Numbered from the stretch's first letter, positions 11,662 to 21,935 are shown. The stretch is 64,000 nt of DNA from Schmidtea polychroa (GCA_044892525.1 CM097885.1:682001-746000), one strand, 5' to 3'. Notes: a model not told the origin generated them from the letters alone. Numbers and translations are program-made.

Positions 11662-12273
11662 TTATAAGTAAGAATTCTTTAACCATTTTTCTCGAGATGT
11701 TTTTTTATTACTTATAACATTAGCCACCATGCCCTCCCTTTTTAATCTTATAACCTCATTCTTTATATCTTGTATTATTTGATTTGATTTCATTATTTCT
11801 TCGTCTGTCAGGATTCCATCTTCCAAAGCTTTTAATTGAAATAAAAATAATTTAGAGATTCCTAATTCTATTGATAAACAAACTTCTCTATATAAACTTT
11901 TCTTTTTAGAAGTATAAGATAATGAAACTATTTCAGTTAAGAAACCATCAGCCACAGAAATACTTCCAAGTATTACAGGTGCAAGAGTAACAACTGGTAA
12001 AGTTATGGGTAAAATAACTGTTAATATTGCAGATGCAAATCCTAAAGAATAACCTATAACTTTTAAAACTGTATTCCCTTTATTCCATCTATTTTTAATT
12101 TTTTTATAATGCTTTAATAAATCTTGTAAATGTAAGGTTTCTGATTTAAATTCTTTTACTCTCATAATTTCAAGTTCTGTGGGAGCCGAGGCCTTGGAAC
12201 CTTTGTGACCTTCGGAATAATATCCTGATGATCTCAATTCGGGGTAAATTTTTTCTTCTCTTACTTCTTCCAT
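11662..12273 (-). CDS. Polinton accessory membrane-active protein (PW/gasderminX-like)
   Basis: N-terminal IYPEL and ASAP motifs; hydrophobic hairpin VIGYSLGFASAILTVILPITLPVVTLAPVILGSISVA; located between pPolB and virion genes. Confidence 0.6.
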   Translation of the reverse strand: MEEVREEKIYPELRSSGYYSEGHKGSKASAPTELEIMRVKEFKSETLHLQDLLKHYKKIKNRWNKGNTVLKVIGYSLGFASAILTVILPITLPVVTLAPVILGSISVADGFLTEIVSLSYTSKKKSLYREVCLSIELGISKLFLFQLKALEDGILTDEEIMKSNQIIQDIKNEVIRLKREGMVANVISNKKTSREKWLKNSYL

Positions 12274-12281
12274 TTTAATAA

Positions 12282-13292
12282 TTAAAAAAATAAGACTTTA
12301 TTCTTCTGAGCACCATCTGGTACCAATACTCGGATATCAAAAGAAACTCTTGTTGAGAGGATATCTTTATACAATTCTCTCAATGCTTTACGAACTTCAT
12401 CAACATCAACCTTTTTTTCATAAAATATTAAATCTATATATTGTACAAGTGAACTAGAAAAATGAATATTCTTAGTTTTAACTTTATGTAGTCCATGTGA
12501 ATGAGTATTAACATACCAATCTCCGTGTGGTAAATCATAACTAGTCATTATAACATCACCCTTTTCAAGCTTACTATTATAATCACATTTCACAAACCAT
12601 TTCATTCTTTCATTATCATCATCAAACAAAAAGAAATAAGGATCAATAATTTTTACAACCATAAAAACACCCCATTCTTTACTGTTTGTTGTTATTAAAC
12701 TTGGTTCTATAAAATGTTTATATGTATGGGGTAATAATGTTTTATTCTGTTCTAATTCAGCAGCTCTTTTTCTAATACTATGTGTGGTGTTAATGTGTGT
12801 TCCATGAGACTCTAAATTTGAAATTCTTTTATTAAATGATGTAATCATCTCATTTATTATATTATATATTGCATTAAAAATAGTATTCATAATTTGTTTA
12901 TCTTTAGAATTTAATATAGCAGTATTTAACTTTACAACTTGTTCAGTTAACAGACTTTGTAACTTGTCAAATTTATCATTAAATCGTTGTTCGATATTAT
13001 TAAGCTTTGATTCCATTGAATCAAATTTTGTTGTTAATGAACTTTCAATTCTTGTTGTTGTTAAATCAGTATATTTTTTAACACCATCTACATATTTCTT
13101 ATTAACTGCATCAGCTTCATCAGTTGGAAAAGATAATTCTTTTATCTTGTGTCCATTTAAAATTAAATCACCCTTCATTGAATCACCTCTTTCATTAATA
13201 TATTTATTTTCTGTTAAAGTTAATATTTCTTCTGTATTAAACCCTGTTTTTATTGTTCCACCACCTCTATTACATGGAATATAAGAACTCAT
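12282..13292 (-). CDS. Putative fibre/spike-like virion protein
   Basis: GDSMKGDLILNGHKIKELSFPTDEADAVNKKYVD resembles the tail-fibre-type motif common in Polinton proteins; followed by a coiled coil and a beta-rich C-terminus; adjacent to the penton gene. Confidence 0.5.
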   Translation of the reverse strand: MSSYIPCNRGGGTIKTGFNTEEILTLTENKYINERGDSMKGDLILNGHKIKELSFPTDEADAVNKKYVDGVKKYTDLTTTRIESSLTTKFDSMESKLNNIEQRFNDKFDKLQSLLTEQVVKLNTAILNSKDKQIMNTIFNAIYNIINEMITSFNKRISNLESHGTHINTTHSIRKRAAELEQNKTLLPHTYKHFIEPSLITTNSKEWGVFMVVKIIDPYFFLFDDDNERMKWFVKCDYNSKLEKGDVIMTSYDLPHGDWYVNTHSHGLHKVKTKNIHFSSSLVQYIDLIFYEKKVDVDEVRKALRELYKDILSTRVSFDIRVLVPDGAQKNKVLFF

Positions 13293-13332
13293 TTATTAAT
13301 AATTTAAAATGGACGGAGTCCCCTGAGAGGAA

Positions 13333-14097
13333 CTAAACCTGTTTCAAATGTAAATACATTGAAATCTCTTCTCCATTAAAATCAATCAATTCTCCTTCTT
13401 GATTAAGAATTTTAAAATTAATATCCATTATATATTTTCTACATAAAGGTAAATAATTTGGAGGATTCATTCTTTCAACTATTTTATATCCCATAGGAAC
13501 TGTGTTTGAGGGAAAGGAATATAAAACATTTGTTTGTTTACCATTATTATAAGAACCTGTTATACAATCGCAATGAATATTTATTGTGTTTGTATTTATT
13601 ATTTTTATAATATGTTCTGATGTTATTATTTTATCTTCTTTTATTGTTATATCCATAGGTTTAAATCCTAAAACTGTGTGAAAGAAACAATTATCTAAAA
13701 AACTAATTTTTATATTCTTCAAAGTCATTACACATTTTGAAGTTGGTATATCCATTTTAATTTTAATACCTTCATTTGTTTTTTTAGAAAGTATATCATT
13801 TAAATCTTTTATCTCATATGCCCCAGGTTCTATTGTTATAATTTCTGGTTTATGCCCATCACGAGTTTGAATAGTAAATTTATTATTATCTTTAGTTATA
13901 TTAAAAATAGTATTATAAGCACAAAACCATAATAGCCCCAATTCATAATTTAAATTTTGATCTAATTTAATTGAATCTTGAAAGTTTATAGTAAACTCTG
14001 ATTCTTTTGAATTTATAGATAAAGTTCTTGAATATTTATCTTACATTATGTTTACCATTTTTTTTAAATTATCTTCCGGAGGGTTGTGAAGCTCCAT
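13333..14097 (-). pseudogene. Minor capsid protein (penton) with one in-frame nonsense codon
   Basis: NTIFNI..NNKF, IEPGAYEI, INIHCDCITGSY, LIDFNGEEIS motifs; the frame extends up to ATG 14097 with a single TAA at 14043-14041. Confidence 0.8.
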
Positions 14098-14130
14098 TTC
14101 TTTAGTAGTAAATTCATATAGTAAAAATCC

Positions 14131-14595
14131 TTATAGTAGAGATTCTAGATCATTATAAATTTCTTGAATTATAGATTCAAAATCCTGCGTATGCCCCTTT
14201 CCCTCTCCCTTATTCAATCTATACAAAACATATAAACTTAAAATACCACATATTTTAGTATTCAAAGGTTGAACTTGTAAAGAGTTAAAAGTATAACCAT
14301 TTGGGGAATCAATCGGAGAACCCCTCAAGAGATAATCTTCAACTTCTTTAGTAGGTTTAATCCCAAAAGAATCAAAGTAGATAGACTTCTTATATATACA
14401 AACCCAATGAGATCCTTTTTCATTTGAATTTTGATAATTGATTATTATATTCAGGGGACTCTCCAGACTTGATAATTCATCATTCATTAATATTTTAATT
14501 TTTAAATTTAAATAATTTGCATAATCTTTTAAATCAAAATTTGTTTTTGCATTTATTCCAAATGTTTTTAAAAAATCTAATATTGAAGGAGTCAT
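14131..14595 (-). CDS. PRO: Adenain-like cysteine (maturation) protease
   Basis: GSHWVC..YFDSFG..QVQ......CG catalytic H/D/Q/C pattern. Confidence 0.93.
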   Translation of the reverse strand: MTPSILDFLKTFGINAKTNFDLKDYANYLNLKIKILMNDELSSLESPLNIIINYQNSNEKGSHWVCIYKKSIYFDSFGIKPTKEVEDYLLRGSPIDSPNGYTFNSLQVQPLNTKICGILSLYVLYRLNKGEGKGHTQDFESIIQEIYNDLESLL

Positions 14596-14617
14596 TTTGT
14601 ATTTTAAAACTTCGTAT

Positions 14618-15499
14618 TTATAACTTCGTATACTTATTAAATTTATCTTTGGAAATTATTCCTTGTTTTAACAAATCATTAGAAATCTTTAAAATATCAG
14701 AATCTAAATTATTATGTCCTGCTTTCCTTGCAGCTAATAGTTTTCTTAATTCAATAAAAATATTGATGGGATTTGGTTTACCACCTTCACTAATTAATCC
14801 CTCTCCCTCTGTAACAACATAACCCTTTTCATTTTTATTTAAATAATTCTTTAAATCTTGAATATATTTTGCTTTAGAACTAGCTTTTATTAATCTTATT
14901 AAATTTAAATATTTTTTAATTTCTTCAACATCATCTGAAGAATATCCACAAAGTAATCTATAAAAATCATCTGTAAATTCAAAGTCTAAATATTCATTAT
15001 TATAAACATTTTGTGAATGAATACGTGATTTATTTTCTGAATTTGAATATAAATTAAAGTTTTGTTTATTAATTGTTATTATTTGATATCCTTCAGTATT
15101 AGTATTAAATGTGGGTCTAATTGAAGGAGGTAAATCATCTCTAATTTTAGGATCAACTTTAAGAGGTTTTGTTTTTAAAAACATTTCTTCTTCTTCCACA
15201 TTAGAAATTCTTCTGCGTTTTCTTTGATTTCTTTCAGGATGGTTTTCACTGGATTCTTTTTCTTTATCCTGCCACTCTAGTTCTTTTATTTTTTGTTTTT
15301 TATCTTCTAACTCTTTAAATTTTGCTTGCTCATTGAAATCTTCCAACTCTTTTATAGCTTTAATTGTTGGCCCCTGTTGTTGTGTTATTACCTCATTTAA
15401 TATTATAGATTCAGCATGTTGAGTTGTATCTTTTTTATTATATTTATCTTGTTCTGATTGTAATTTTTTTAAAAGTGCTAATCTTTCTTCATATACCAT
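14618..15499 (-). CDS. Polinton accessory/core protein of unknown function
   Basis: 293-aa intact ORF; RKRRR basic patch; C-terminal LLAARKAGHNN..LLKQGII segment typical of Polinton proteins. Confidence 0.65.
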   Translation of the reverse strand: MVYEERLALLKKLQSEQDKYNKKDTTQHAESIILNEVITQQQGPTIKAIKELEDFNEQAKFKELEDKKQKIKELEWQDKEKESSENHPERNQRKRRRISNVEEEEMFLKTKPLKVDPKIRDDLPPSIRPTFNTNTEGYQIITINKQNFNLYSNSENKSRIHSQNVYNNEYLDFEFTDDFYRLLCGYSSDDVEEIKKYLNLIRLIKASSKAKYIQDLKNYLNKNEKGYVVTEGEGLISEGGKPNPINIFIELRKLLAARKAGHNNLDSDILKISNDLLKQGIISKDKFNKYTKL

Positions 15500-15521
15500 T
15501 TTAATGGTATCAAAAATGGTA

Positions 15522-16100
15522 TCATAGTTCGAAGGGCTTCAAGTATAATCGTTTACCATTTTTAGTTTTACAAAGGCATCCATTCTTTAAAGATTTACAT
15601 ATTTTTTTTAAATCTTCTTTATCTTTTGAAGATAGAGATTCAGATGTAGAAATTTGATTTTTTAAAAAATCATTTAAACCTCTACCTTTATAAGGATCAA
15701 GATAGAGACCTTTGCCCTGAGACTTTTGCCGACTCCCCTCATATGGATTAAGATAGAGACCCTTTCCAACGGACACTCCCCCTTTAGCTTGCCCTACCTT
15801 CTTCATTGAATCGATTTCAGTTTGTAGTTTTTCTTTTTCTAGGTCTGTCTTTTGAGATTCTTTAGCTTTTTGAACTGTAGTTGCAATTCCTCCAGCTATT
15901 CCAGCAGCACCTGATAAACCAGCAATGATTGCAGGTATTAAAGCAGCTAATGGAAGAATGCCACCTTCTTTAGCTTCGTGGAGCTTCGCTCTAACTTGTT
16001 CTTTTACATGTTTTCCAATAAAATATTTTTTACCATCAATTACTACTGATTTATTTTTATTTGAATTTATTAATTCTTGCAAAGATTCTTCAGTTGTCAT
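15522..16100 (-). CDS. Putative virion core precursor with membrane-active peptide and protease-site repeats
   Basis: True ATG likely 16100 (MTTEES); EGG-ILPLAALIPAIIAGLSGAAGIAGGIAT hydrophobic stretch; repeated GKG-LYLxPY. Confidence 0.65.
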   Translation of the reverse strand: MTTEESLQELINSNKNKSVVIDGKKYFIGKHVKEQVRAKLHEAKEGGILPLAALIPAIIAGLSGAAGIAGGIATTVQKAKESQKTDLEKEKLQTEIDSMKKVGQAKGGVSVGKGLYLNPYEGSRQKSQGKGLYLDPYKGRGLNDFLKNQISTSESLSSKDKEDLKKICKSLKNGCLCKTKNGKRLYLKPFEL

Positions 16101-16116
16101 TTTATAATAAATAAAA

Positions 16117-16908
16117 ATGGATACTTGGAAACCAATTTTAAATAGACATAAGAGTAAATTCAATAATAAAGTATTTCCTGATAATTTTAGATTATTAATT
16201 GTTGGTTCTTCTGGATGTGGAAAGAATGTACTTGTTTTGAGAATGTTACTTGAAGATGATTTTTTAGATTATAATAATTTAATCTTTTATTCTACAACCA
16301 TAAATCAACCAGAATTACAACTTTTGAAATGTGGATTTGAAAATAAATTAACTAAAAAAGCAATAATTGATATTTTTAAAAATCAACATAGGTGTCCTGA
16401 AGAAGTTTTTCAACCTTGTGATATGGTTGATTGGTATAAGGAAAAGATTTTAGAATCAGATATTAGTAATAAAAATGATTATATTTGTGAAGAAGGGCAG
16501 GAGGCAATTCAAGTTTTATTCTCTAATAAACCTGAAGATGTTTTACATTGTGATTTACTTCCTAAAGATAAAAAGAATCTAGTTATATTTGATGATGTTG
16601 TTAATATGAAAAATCAAGAGATTCAAAAGAGTTACTTTACACGAGGTCGACATAATAATTGTAATGTTATTTATATATCTCAAACATATTATGCTTTAGA
16701 TAAAAATTCAATAAGAAATAATTCCAATTGTTTTATATTTTTTAAATTAGATCGCCGTGATAAGAATATGATTTATAATGATTTATTTTCAAATGTTGAA
16801 CCTGATAAGAATATGTTTGATATGTTTGTTGATAATCATTGGAAAGAAAAATATAATTATATTTATTTGGATAGAGAAGAAGCTGAAATATGGAAAAGTT
16901 TGTTTTAA
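16117..16908 (+). CDS. A32/FtsK-like genome packaging ATPase
   Basis: Walker A GSSGCGK, Walker B LVIFDD, RGRH arginine finger, YISQ, IRNNS. Confidence 0.95.
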   Translation: MDTWKPILNRHKSKFNNKVFPDNFRLLIVGSSGCGKNVLVLRMLLEDDFLDYNNLIFYSTTINQPELQLLKCGFENKLTKKAIIDIFKNQHRCPEEVFQPCDMVDWYKEKILESDISNKNDYICEEGQEAIQVLFSNKPEDVLHCDLLPKDKKNLVIFDDVVNMKNQEIQKSYFTRGRHNNCNVIYISQTYYALDKNSIRNNSNCFIFFKLDRRDKNMIYNDLFSNVEPDKNMFDMFVDNHWKEKYNYIYLDREEAEIWKSLF

Positions 16909-16923
16909 CTTGTTTTCTATAGT

Positions 16924-18333
16924 TCAGAAATCTGTTTTCTGTAGTTCATTATTATAAAATCTACCTAATATTTTTTCATTATTTAAATCAAAGATGCTAT
17001 ATGTTATTGGAGTTGTATAATTTATTTTATTTATAATAAAAATTTCATTTGTCCATTTTGCTGTGAATCCTTTTTCAAATTTATTTTTATATTTAAATAT
17101 TCTTACTCGGTCACCAATTTTAAACTTTGGTTTTTCAATAACATCATTTTCAATATTTACCACTTTAATGGTTTCAGGCTTCATGGAAGCATTTAAAGGT
17201 GTTAATTTTATAGAACTATGTACATCATTATTATATTCATTTACAATCTTTTGTAACAATTCATTGTTCCATTTTTGTTTTCCAATAGCAGTAAAATATT
17301 TCCACATTTTATTTTTTAATGTTCTATTTAATCTTTCAACTACGACTGCTTTTCCTTCGTTTTCTGTTGAATATAATTTAATATCATTTTCATTTAAAAA
17401 CTTTGTAAAAGCTTTGTTATAAAATTCTGTTCCTTTATCACACCATAAATATTTTGGGATTCTTTGATTTTCTTCAAATATATTTTCAAATGCTTCTGTA
17501 ATAGAATATCCTGTTTTATTTTCTAAACATCTTGCAAAAGCAAATCTTGTATATAAATCTATTACAGTTAAAATTATTTTATATTTTTCAGGGTCTGATG
17601 ATTTGGGCATAAAGACTAAATCTGCAGACCATGTTTGATCTTTTTCATGTACTTGAACTTTTAAATATTTTTTATTTTTTCTAAATTCATGGTGTAATTC
17701 CTTTGCATATTTTATTTCTGATTCTGTTGGGGTTTGTAAACTAGTCTTGGCTGTACTCTCGAGGGATCTTTCAATGTCTGCTTGTTCGATAATCTTTTTA
17801 TAAGCAACATCTTTTGCTTTCCTAGGAAGTCTTGCACCCATGGTGATCGGACTGTGTCCTAAGCCTATGAAAATCTTACCTTTCATTGCTAATTTAACTA
17901 GAGCTCTTTGAATCTTTTCTTGGGTTGATGGATTTTGGATACTATTTAAATCATGTATTAAATTCACATCTGCAACATGTCTATCTCTAAGATTTGTTGA
18001 ATTGTATGCAATGTCATGTTTTAAAGCTGCTTGATCAATTCTATTTATTGGTTCTTCTCCTTGTTTGGGATTATTATTTTCATCTAATCTAATATCTAAT
18101 CTTGTTCCTGGTCCGGTGTAGTTGTGTTTAAATAAATGTCTTTCACCTGGATATTTTTCTGTAGTAAAAGGTTTTAATATTGAAGATGTTGTTTTTGAAG
18201 ATTGCAAATCGCCTCCAGCTCGTGGAATTAGGTCACCTACTGTATGTTTTTTAGTTTTAAGATGGCTTGCTTTATGATGTCTTGTAACTTGACAATTACA
18301 AGTTTCACATCTCCAATATTTATTTAAAGACAT
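16924..18333 (-). CDS. INT: Retroviral-type (rve) integrase with N-terminal zinc finger and parvovirus-type PLA2 domain
   Basis: WSADL, LTVID, CDKGTEF, ERLNRTLK DDE core; GDRVRI..FEKG..W C-terminus; HNYTGPGT..IDQAALKHDIAY. Confidence 0.95.
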   Translation of the reverse strand: MSLNKYWRCETCNCQVTRHHKASHLKTKKHTVGDLIPRAGGDLQSSKTTSSILKPFTTEKYPGERHLFKHNYTGPGTRLDIRLDENNNPKQGEEPINRIDQAALKHDIAYNSTNLRDRHVADVNLIHDLNSIQNPSTQEKIQRALVKLAMKGKIFIGLGHSPITMGARLPRKAKDVAYKKIIEQADIERSLESTAKTSLQTPTESEIKYAKELHHEFRKNKKYLKVQVHEKDQTWSADLVFMPKSSDPEKYKIILTVIDLYTRFAFARCLENKTGYSITEAFENIFEENQRIPKYLWCDKGTEFYNKAFTKFLNENDIKLYSTENEGKAVVVERLNRTLKNKMWKYFTAIGKQKWNNELLQKIVNEYNNDVHSSIKLTPLNASMKPETIKVVNIENDVIEKPKFKIGDRVRIFKYKNKFEKGFTAKWTNEIFIINKINYTTPITYSIFDLNNEKILGRFYNNELQKTDF

Positions 18334-18371
18334 TTTAAAATGTTAAAATATCAGGGATTATATCAAGAATC

Positions 18372-19655
18372 TCACCTAACATTTTCAATAATTGAAATCT
18401 TTCCACCATATAATTTCATTTCTATTTTCTTTTCTTCTAATATTAATGTATATACTTTAGCTTTAAAATTAGAATCCTTTGTTACATGAAGTGTAACATC
18501 AACATTATTTATGGCTAGGCGATCATCTTGATCTGAAACATTTATACAAAATATAGAATATAAATTTTTGAAATCTTCTAAACTTAATTGCGGTTCAACT
18601 TTGAAATCATAACATGTTTCAATATAATTTAGATATGGGAATATGTTTTCATTATTTTCAATATTAAATTCCATTCTATTTATTGGATAATAAGAACTAT
18701 TTAATTGAATTTGGATTGTTTTTAAATTATCATCCCCAATCTTTTGAATAAATAGATTGTTATTTTTTTGGAAAGATGAATCTGTTTCTTTGAATCCAAT
18801 CAAGATATATCTTGGTCGGTATGCTAAATTTGCTACCTTTATAGAATATGTTGAACCCTCTGTCATACTAAATTCACTACAGATTATATTTAAATAATTT
18901 ACATTTATAGACTTGTTGGAATTTAATCTTTCAAGGAGTTTAATCTCAGAATGTGGGTTTAATGTCCATTCAGGTATATGTAATTCAAGTGTTGATAATT
19001 TTAATTTAGCTTTTGTATCTACAGCTCCATAGAACAATCTTTTATCACCTTCTACTCTATTACAGATGAATTCTATAAAAACATTATGAAGTCTACGATT
19101 ATAGTTTTGAAGGAATCCAAACAAGTGTTTTAATTCAAAATAACCTTCAAATTTTTTAGATTTATAAAGTTCAGCTCTTTTATAGTAACCATAATTTATA
19201 TCTAAACCATCTTTATCTAAATCTCCTTTATTAACATCAGGAATCCAGCCTGTTAATTCACCATATTCATTTTTATAATCACAACCAGTCAAAATAAAAT
19301 TTAACATTGTAGAATATACTCCCGGATGTAAAACAGTTTCAATTTCTGATGATCCTAGTTTTAATCTCATATTGGATAATAAATTTGGAAAGAAATTATT
19401 TTCTAGGGTTATATCTTTGTTTGCTTCAATTTCTAATTCGATTTTATAATATAATTTGGCATTACAAATATCTATAGGGTTTGATGTTTGAAGAGATTGA
19501 AAAACTATATCACCCCTACGATTTAAGTTTGCAATAGATCCTGAAGTTGGGGAGATTTTAAGTACATCGTTTTTCTTGATTTCATGAGTAAATTCTTTAT
19601 TATAATCAAGATTTAATTTATTTTTTTCTTGAATTTTAAGATTTATATTATTCAT
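18372..19655 (-). CDS. Major capsid protein (double jelly-roll, hexon-like)
   Basis: 427-aa beta-rich ORF with FELKHLFGF, LELHIP, RPRYILIGF, QLNSSYYP, YSIFCINVS motifs; Polinton context. Confidence 0.85.
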   Translation of the reverse strand: MNNINLKIQEKNKLNLDYNKEFTHEIKKNDVLKISPTSGSIANLNRRGDIVFQSLQTSNPIDICNAKLYYKIELEIEANKDITLENNFFPNLLSNMRLKLGSSEIETVLHPGVYSTMLNFILTGCDYKNEYGELTGWIPDVNKGDLDKDGLDINYGYYKRAELYKSKKFEGYFELKHLFGFLQNYNRRLHNVFIEFICNRVEGDKRLFYGAVDTKAKLKLSTLELHIPEWTLNPHSEIKLLERLNSNKSINVNYLNIICSEFSMTEGSTYSIKVANLAYRPRYILIGFKETDSSFQKNNNLFIQKIGDDNLKTIQIQLNSSYYPINRMEFNIENNENIFPYLNYIETCYDFKVEPQLSLEDFKNLYSIFCINVSDQDDRLAINNVDVTLHVTKDSNFKAKVYTLILEEKKIEMKLYGGKISIIENVR

Positions 19656-20655
19656 TTTTATAATAAAAAATTAAAAAATGACAAAAATCCAATCCTAGAT
19701 AGCGCAGTGAGAATAGACTGGCACAGTGGTTCAAATAGATAGCGGTTCAAATCCTAACTACGGTTAGTTTTTTTTCAACATAAAATAATATTAAAAATTT
19801 GAAAATAATAGTGTGGGTATCTTAGATTTATAAAGCAGTTGTATATTTTATTTATTTTATTTTTTTATTAATTAATTAATTTTTAAACATAAATATGAAA
19901 AAAAAAATATTGAAACGGGTGTGGTGGCGAACCGGTAATTATCACCACCAGTCTTTCGAACACCCCTGGATCGATTCTATAATGTGCACATTTATTTCTC
20001 AGTTGTTTTCGGACCTCTTTCGGATTCACTTTCGAATTCATTTGTACTTTCGAGCAGCACGCTTAAAACGCCGATGAAATCGTATTCGAGCGAGAAGCGA
20101 ATAATAAGGTGTGCTGCTATTATCGAATTGATTCTGATGTATGAGTCTGGCCAGCTTGTATATTGGAAGAGATTTGATAAACGAAAGAGGTTGAATAAAA
20201 AAATGATCCGGATCAAAAAAACTGTTGAGAGGACAGTGAAAAAAAAAAAAAATACCACTGTCCTCTCAGAGCAGTTTTACTATTTCATAAAATTTTTTAT
20301 TCTTTTTCAATTTTTTAAGTTTTATATAATTTAAAATCAATAATCTGATAAAGACCAACTCTAGAGTTTGATTACGATCAAAACAGTGCCTCAAGTAGTG
20401 CGTTTATATCCCTAACCAAAATAGCCCTCTAACTTTTTCTTTTCTATTCTCTTTATGTTTTTAGTTTGAAGCTTTTGAGTTTGAGGCTTTAAAGATTAAA
20501 ACAGTTAGGGGTATTAAGGGTGGTTGTTTTCAAAAAATATAGGGTTAAAATACTATAAAAGTATAAGTTTTAGGTTGTTTTTCTAATGGTTTAGGCGTAA
20601 TGGAGGTATGTTTTGTTGGGAGGGCTGTTTTGGTTAGGGATATAAACGCACTACT
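19634..20655 (-). repeat. Right terminal inverted repeat of the Polinton
   Basis: Reverse complement of the left TIR; ends TATAAACGCACTACT. Confidence 0.92.
19693..19775 (+). ncRNA. Putative Pol III type-2 small RNA in the right TIR
   Basis: A box TAGCGCAGTGA (19700-19710), B box GGTTCAAATCC (19744-19754), T8 run (19768-19775). Confidence 0.5.
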
Positions 20656-21167
20656 AATATTATTATATTTTTCAAGGTCATATTATTATTTTTCAAAATA
20701 TTATTATATTTTTCAAGATCATATTATTATTTTTCAAAATATTATTATTTTCAAGGTCATATTATTATTTTTCAAAATATTATTATATTTTTCAAGGTCA
20801 TATTATTATTTTTCAAAATATTATTATATTTTTCAAGGTCATATTATTATTTTTCAAAATATTATTATTTCAAAGTCATATTATTATTTTATTTTAGTTT
20901 TGTTTAAATCGTTGATTATATGATAATATTTTTATTTTGGTTTTAATTATCGATTACTTAATAATTTTTTATTTTTTTTAATTATCGATTACTTAATAAT
21001 TTAATATTGTTTAAATCGTTAATTATATAATAATATTTTTTTTGTTTTAATTATCAATTATGTAATAATTTAATTTTGTTTAAATCGTTGATTGTATGAT
21101 AATATTTTTATTTTTGTTTTAATTATCGATTACTTAATACCTTAATTTTGTTTAAATCGTTGATTAT
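20656..21167 (+). repeat. 512-bp direct repeat, right of the Polinton
   Basis: Begins immediately after ACTACT; matches 5786-6297. Confidence 0.9.
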
Positions 21168-21373
21168 GCAATAATAATTTTTGTTTAAATTATCAATTAT
21201 GTAATAATTTAATTTTGTTTAAATCTTTGATTATATTATTTTTTTTGGTTTAATTATCGATTACCCAATAATTTAATTTATCATTATTATTGGGAAAGAT
21301 ATTAATGCCCGCGCGGAAGATGTTATTTTCAAAATTATTATTTTCAAAGTTTTAATCAATATTATTATTATTA

Positions 21374-21444
<71 letters not shown>

Positions 21445-21935
21445 TCCAAAGTTATTTTGAAAGTTATTATGAAAATTCTTCTTCTTATTATTATTATTAT
21501 AATTTGCAAATATTCATAAAACCTAATTTCTACGTCCATTTCATGCTTTTCAGCATTTTCATGATTATTTCAGGAACATTTTCATCAAATATTTTTCAAA
21601 GTATTATTTTCAAAGAATTATTTTCAAAGAATTATTATTATTATTTTTTATTATTATTATTTTTATTATTATTTGCAAAGTTCTAATTATTATTTTAATT
21701 TAGAAGTTTCATTATTATTATTTACTTAAATATTTATAAAACTTAATTTCTACGTCAATTACATGATTTTCAACATTTTCATCATTTGCATGATTATTTT
21801 AATAATTTTCTACATTTTCAATATTTTCACGATTTTCAACATTTTCATGATTATTTCAGGAACTTTTCATCGAATATTTTTCAAAGTATTATTTTCAAAG
21901 ATTTATTTTCAAATTATTTTCAAAGTTTTTATCAA

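Larger units (their letters stand above)
6298..20655. mobile_element. Polinton/Maverick (adintovirus-like) endogenous virus
   Basis: Full core gene set (pPolB, integrase, ATPase, protease, major and minor capsid); ~1-kb TIRs; right end ...GCACTACT. Confidence 0.97.

Noticed and set aside
16101..16163. Tracked upstream start of ORF 15522-16163
   Set aside because: Non-ATG start overlapping the ATPase; ATG 16100 has the AAAATG context shared by neighbouring genes.
7757..17422. Antisense ORFs within Polinton genes
   Set aside because: Shadows of the long sense ORFs with no motifs.
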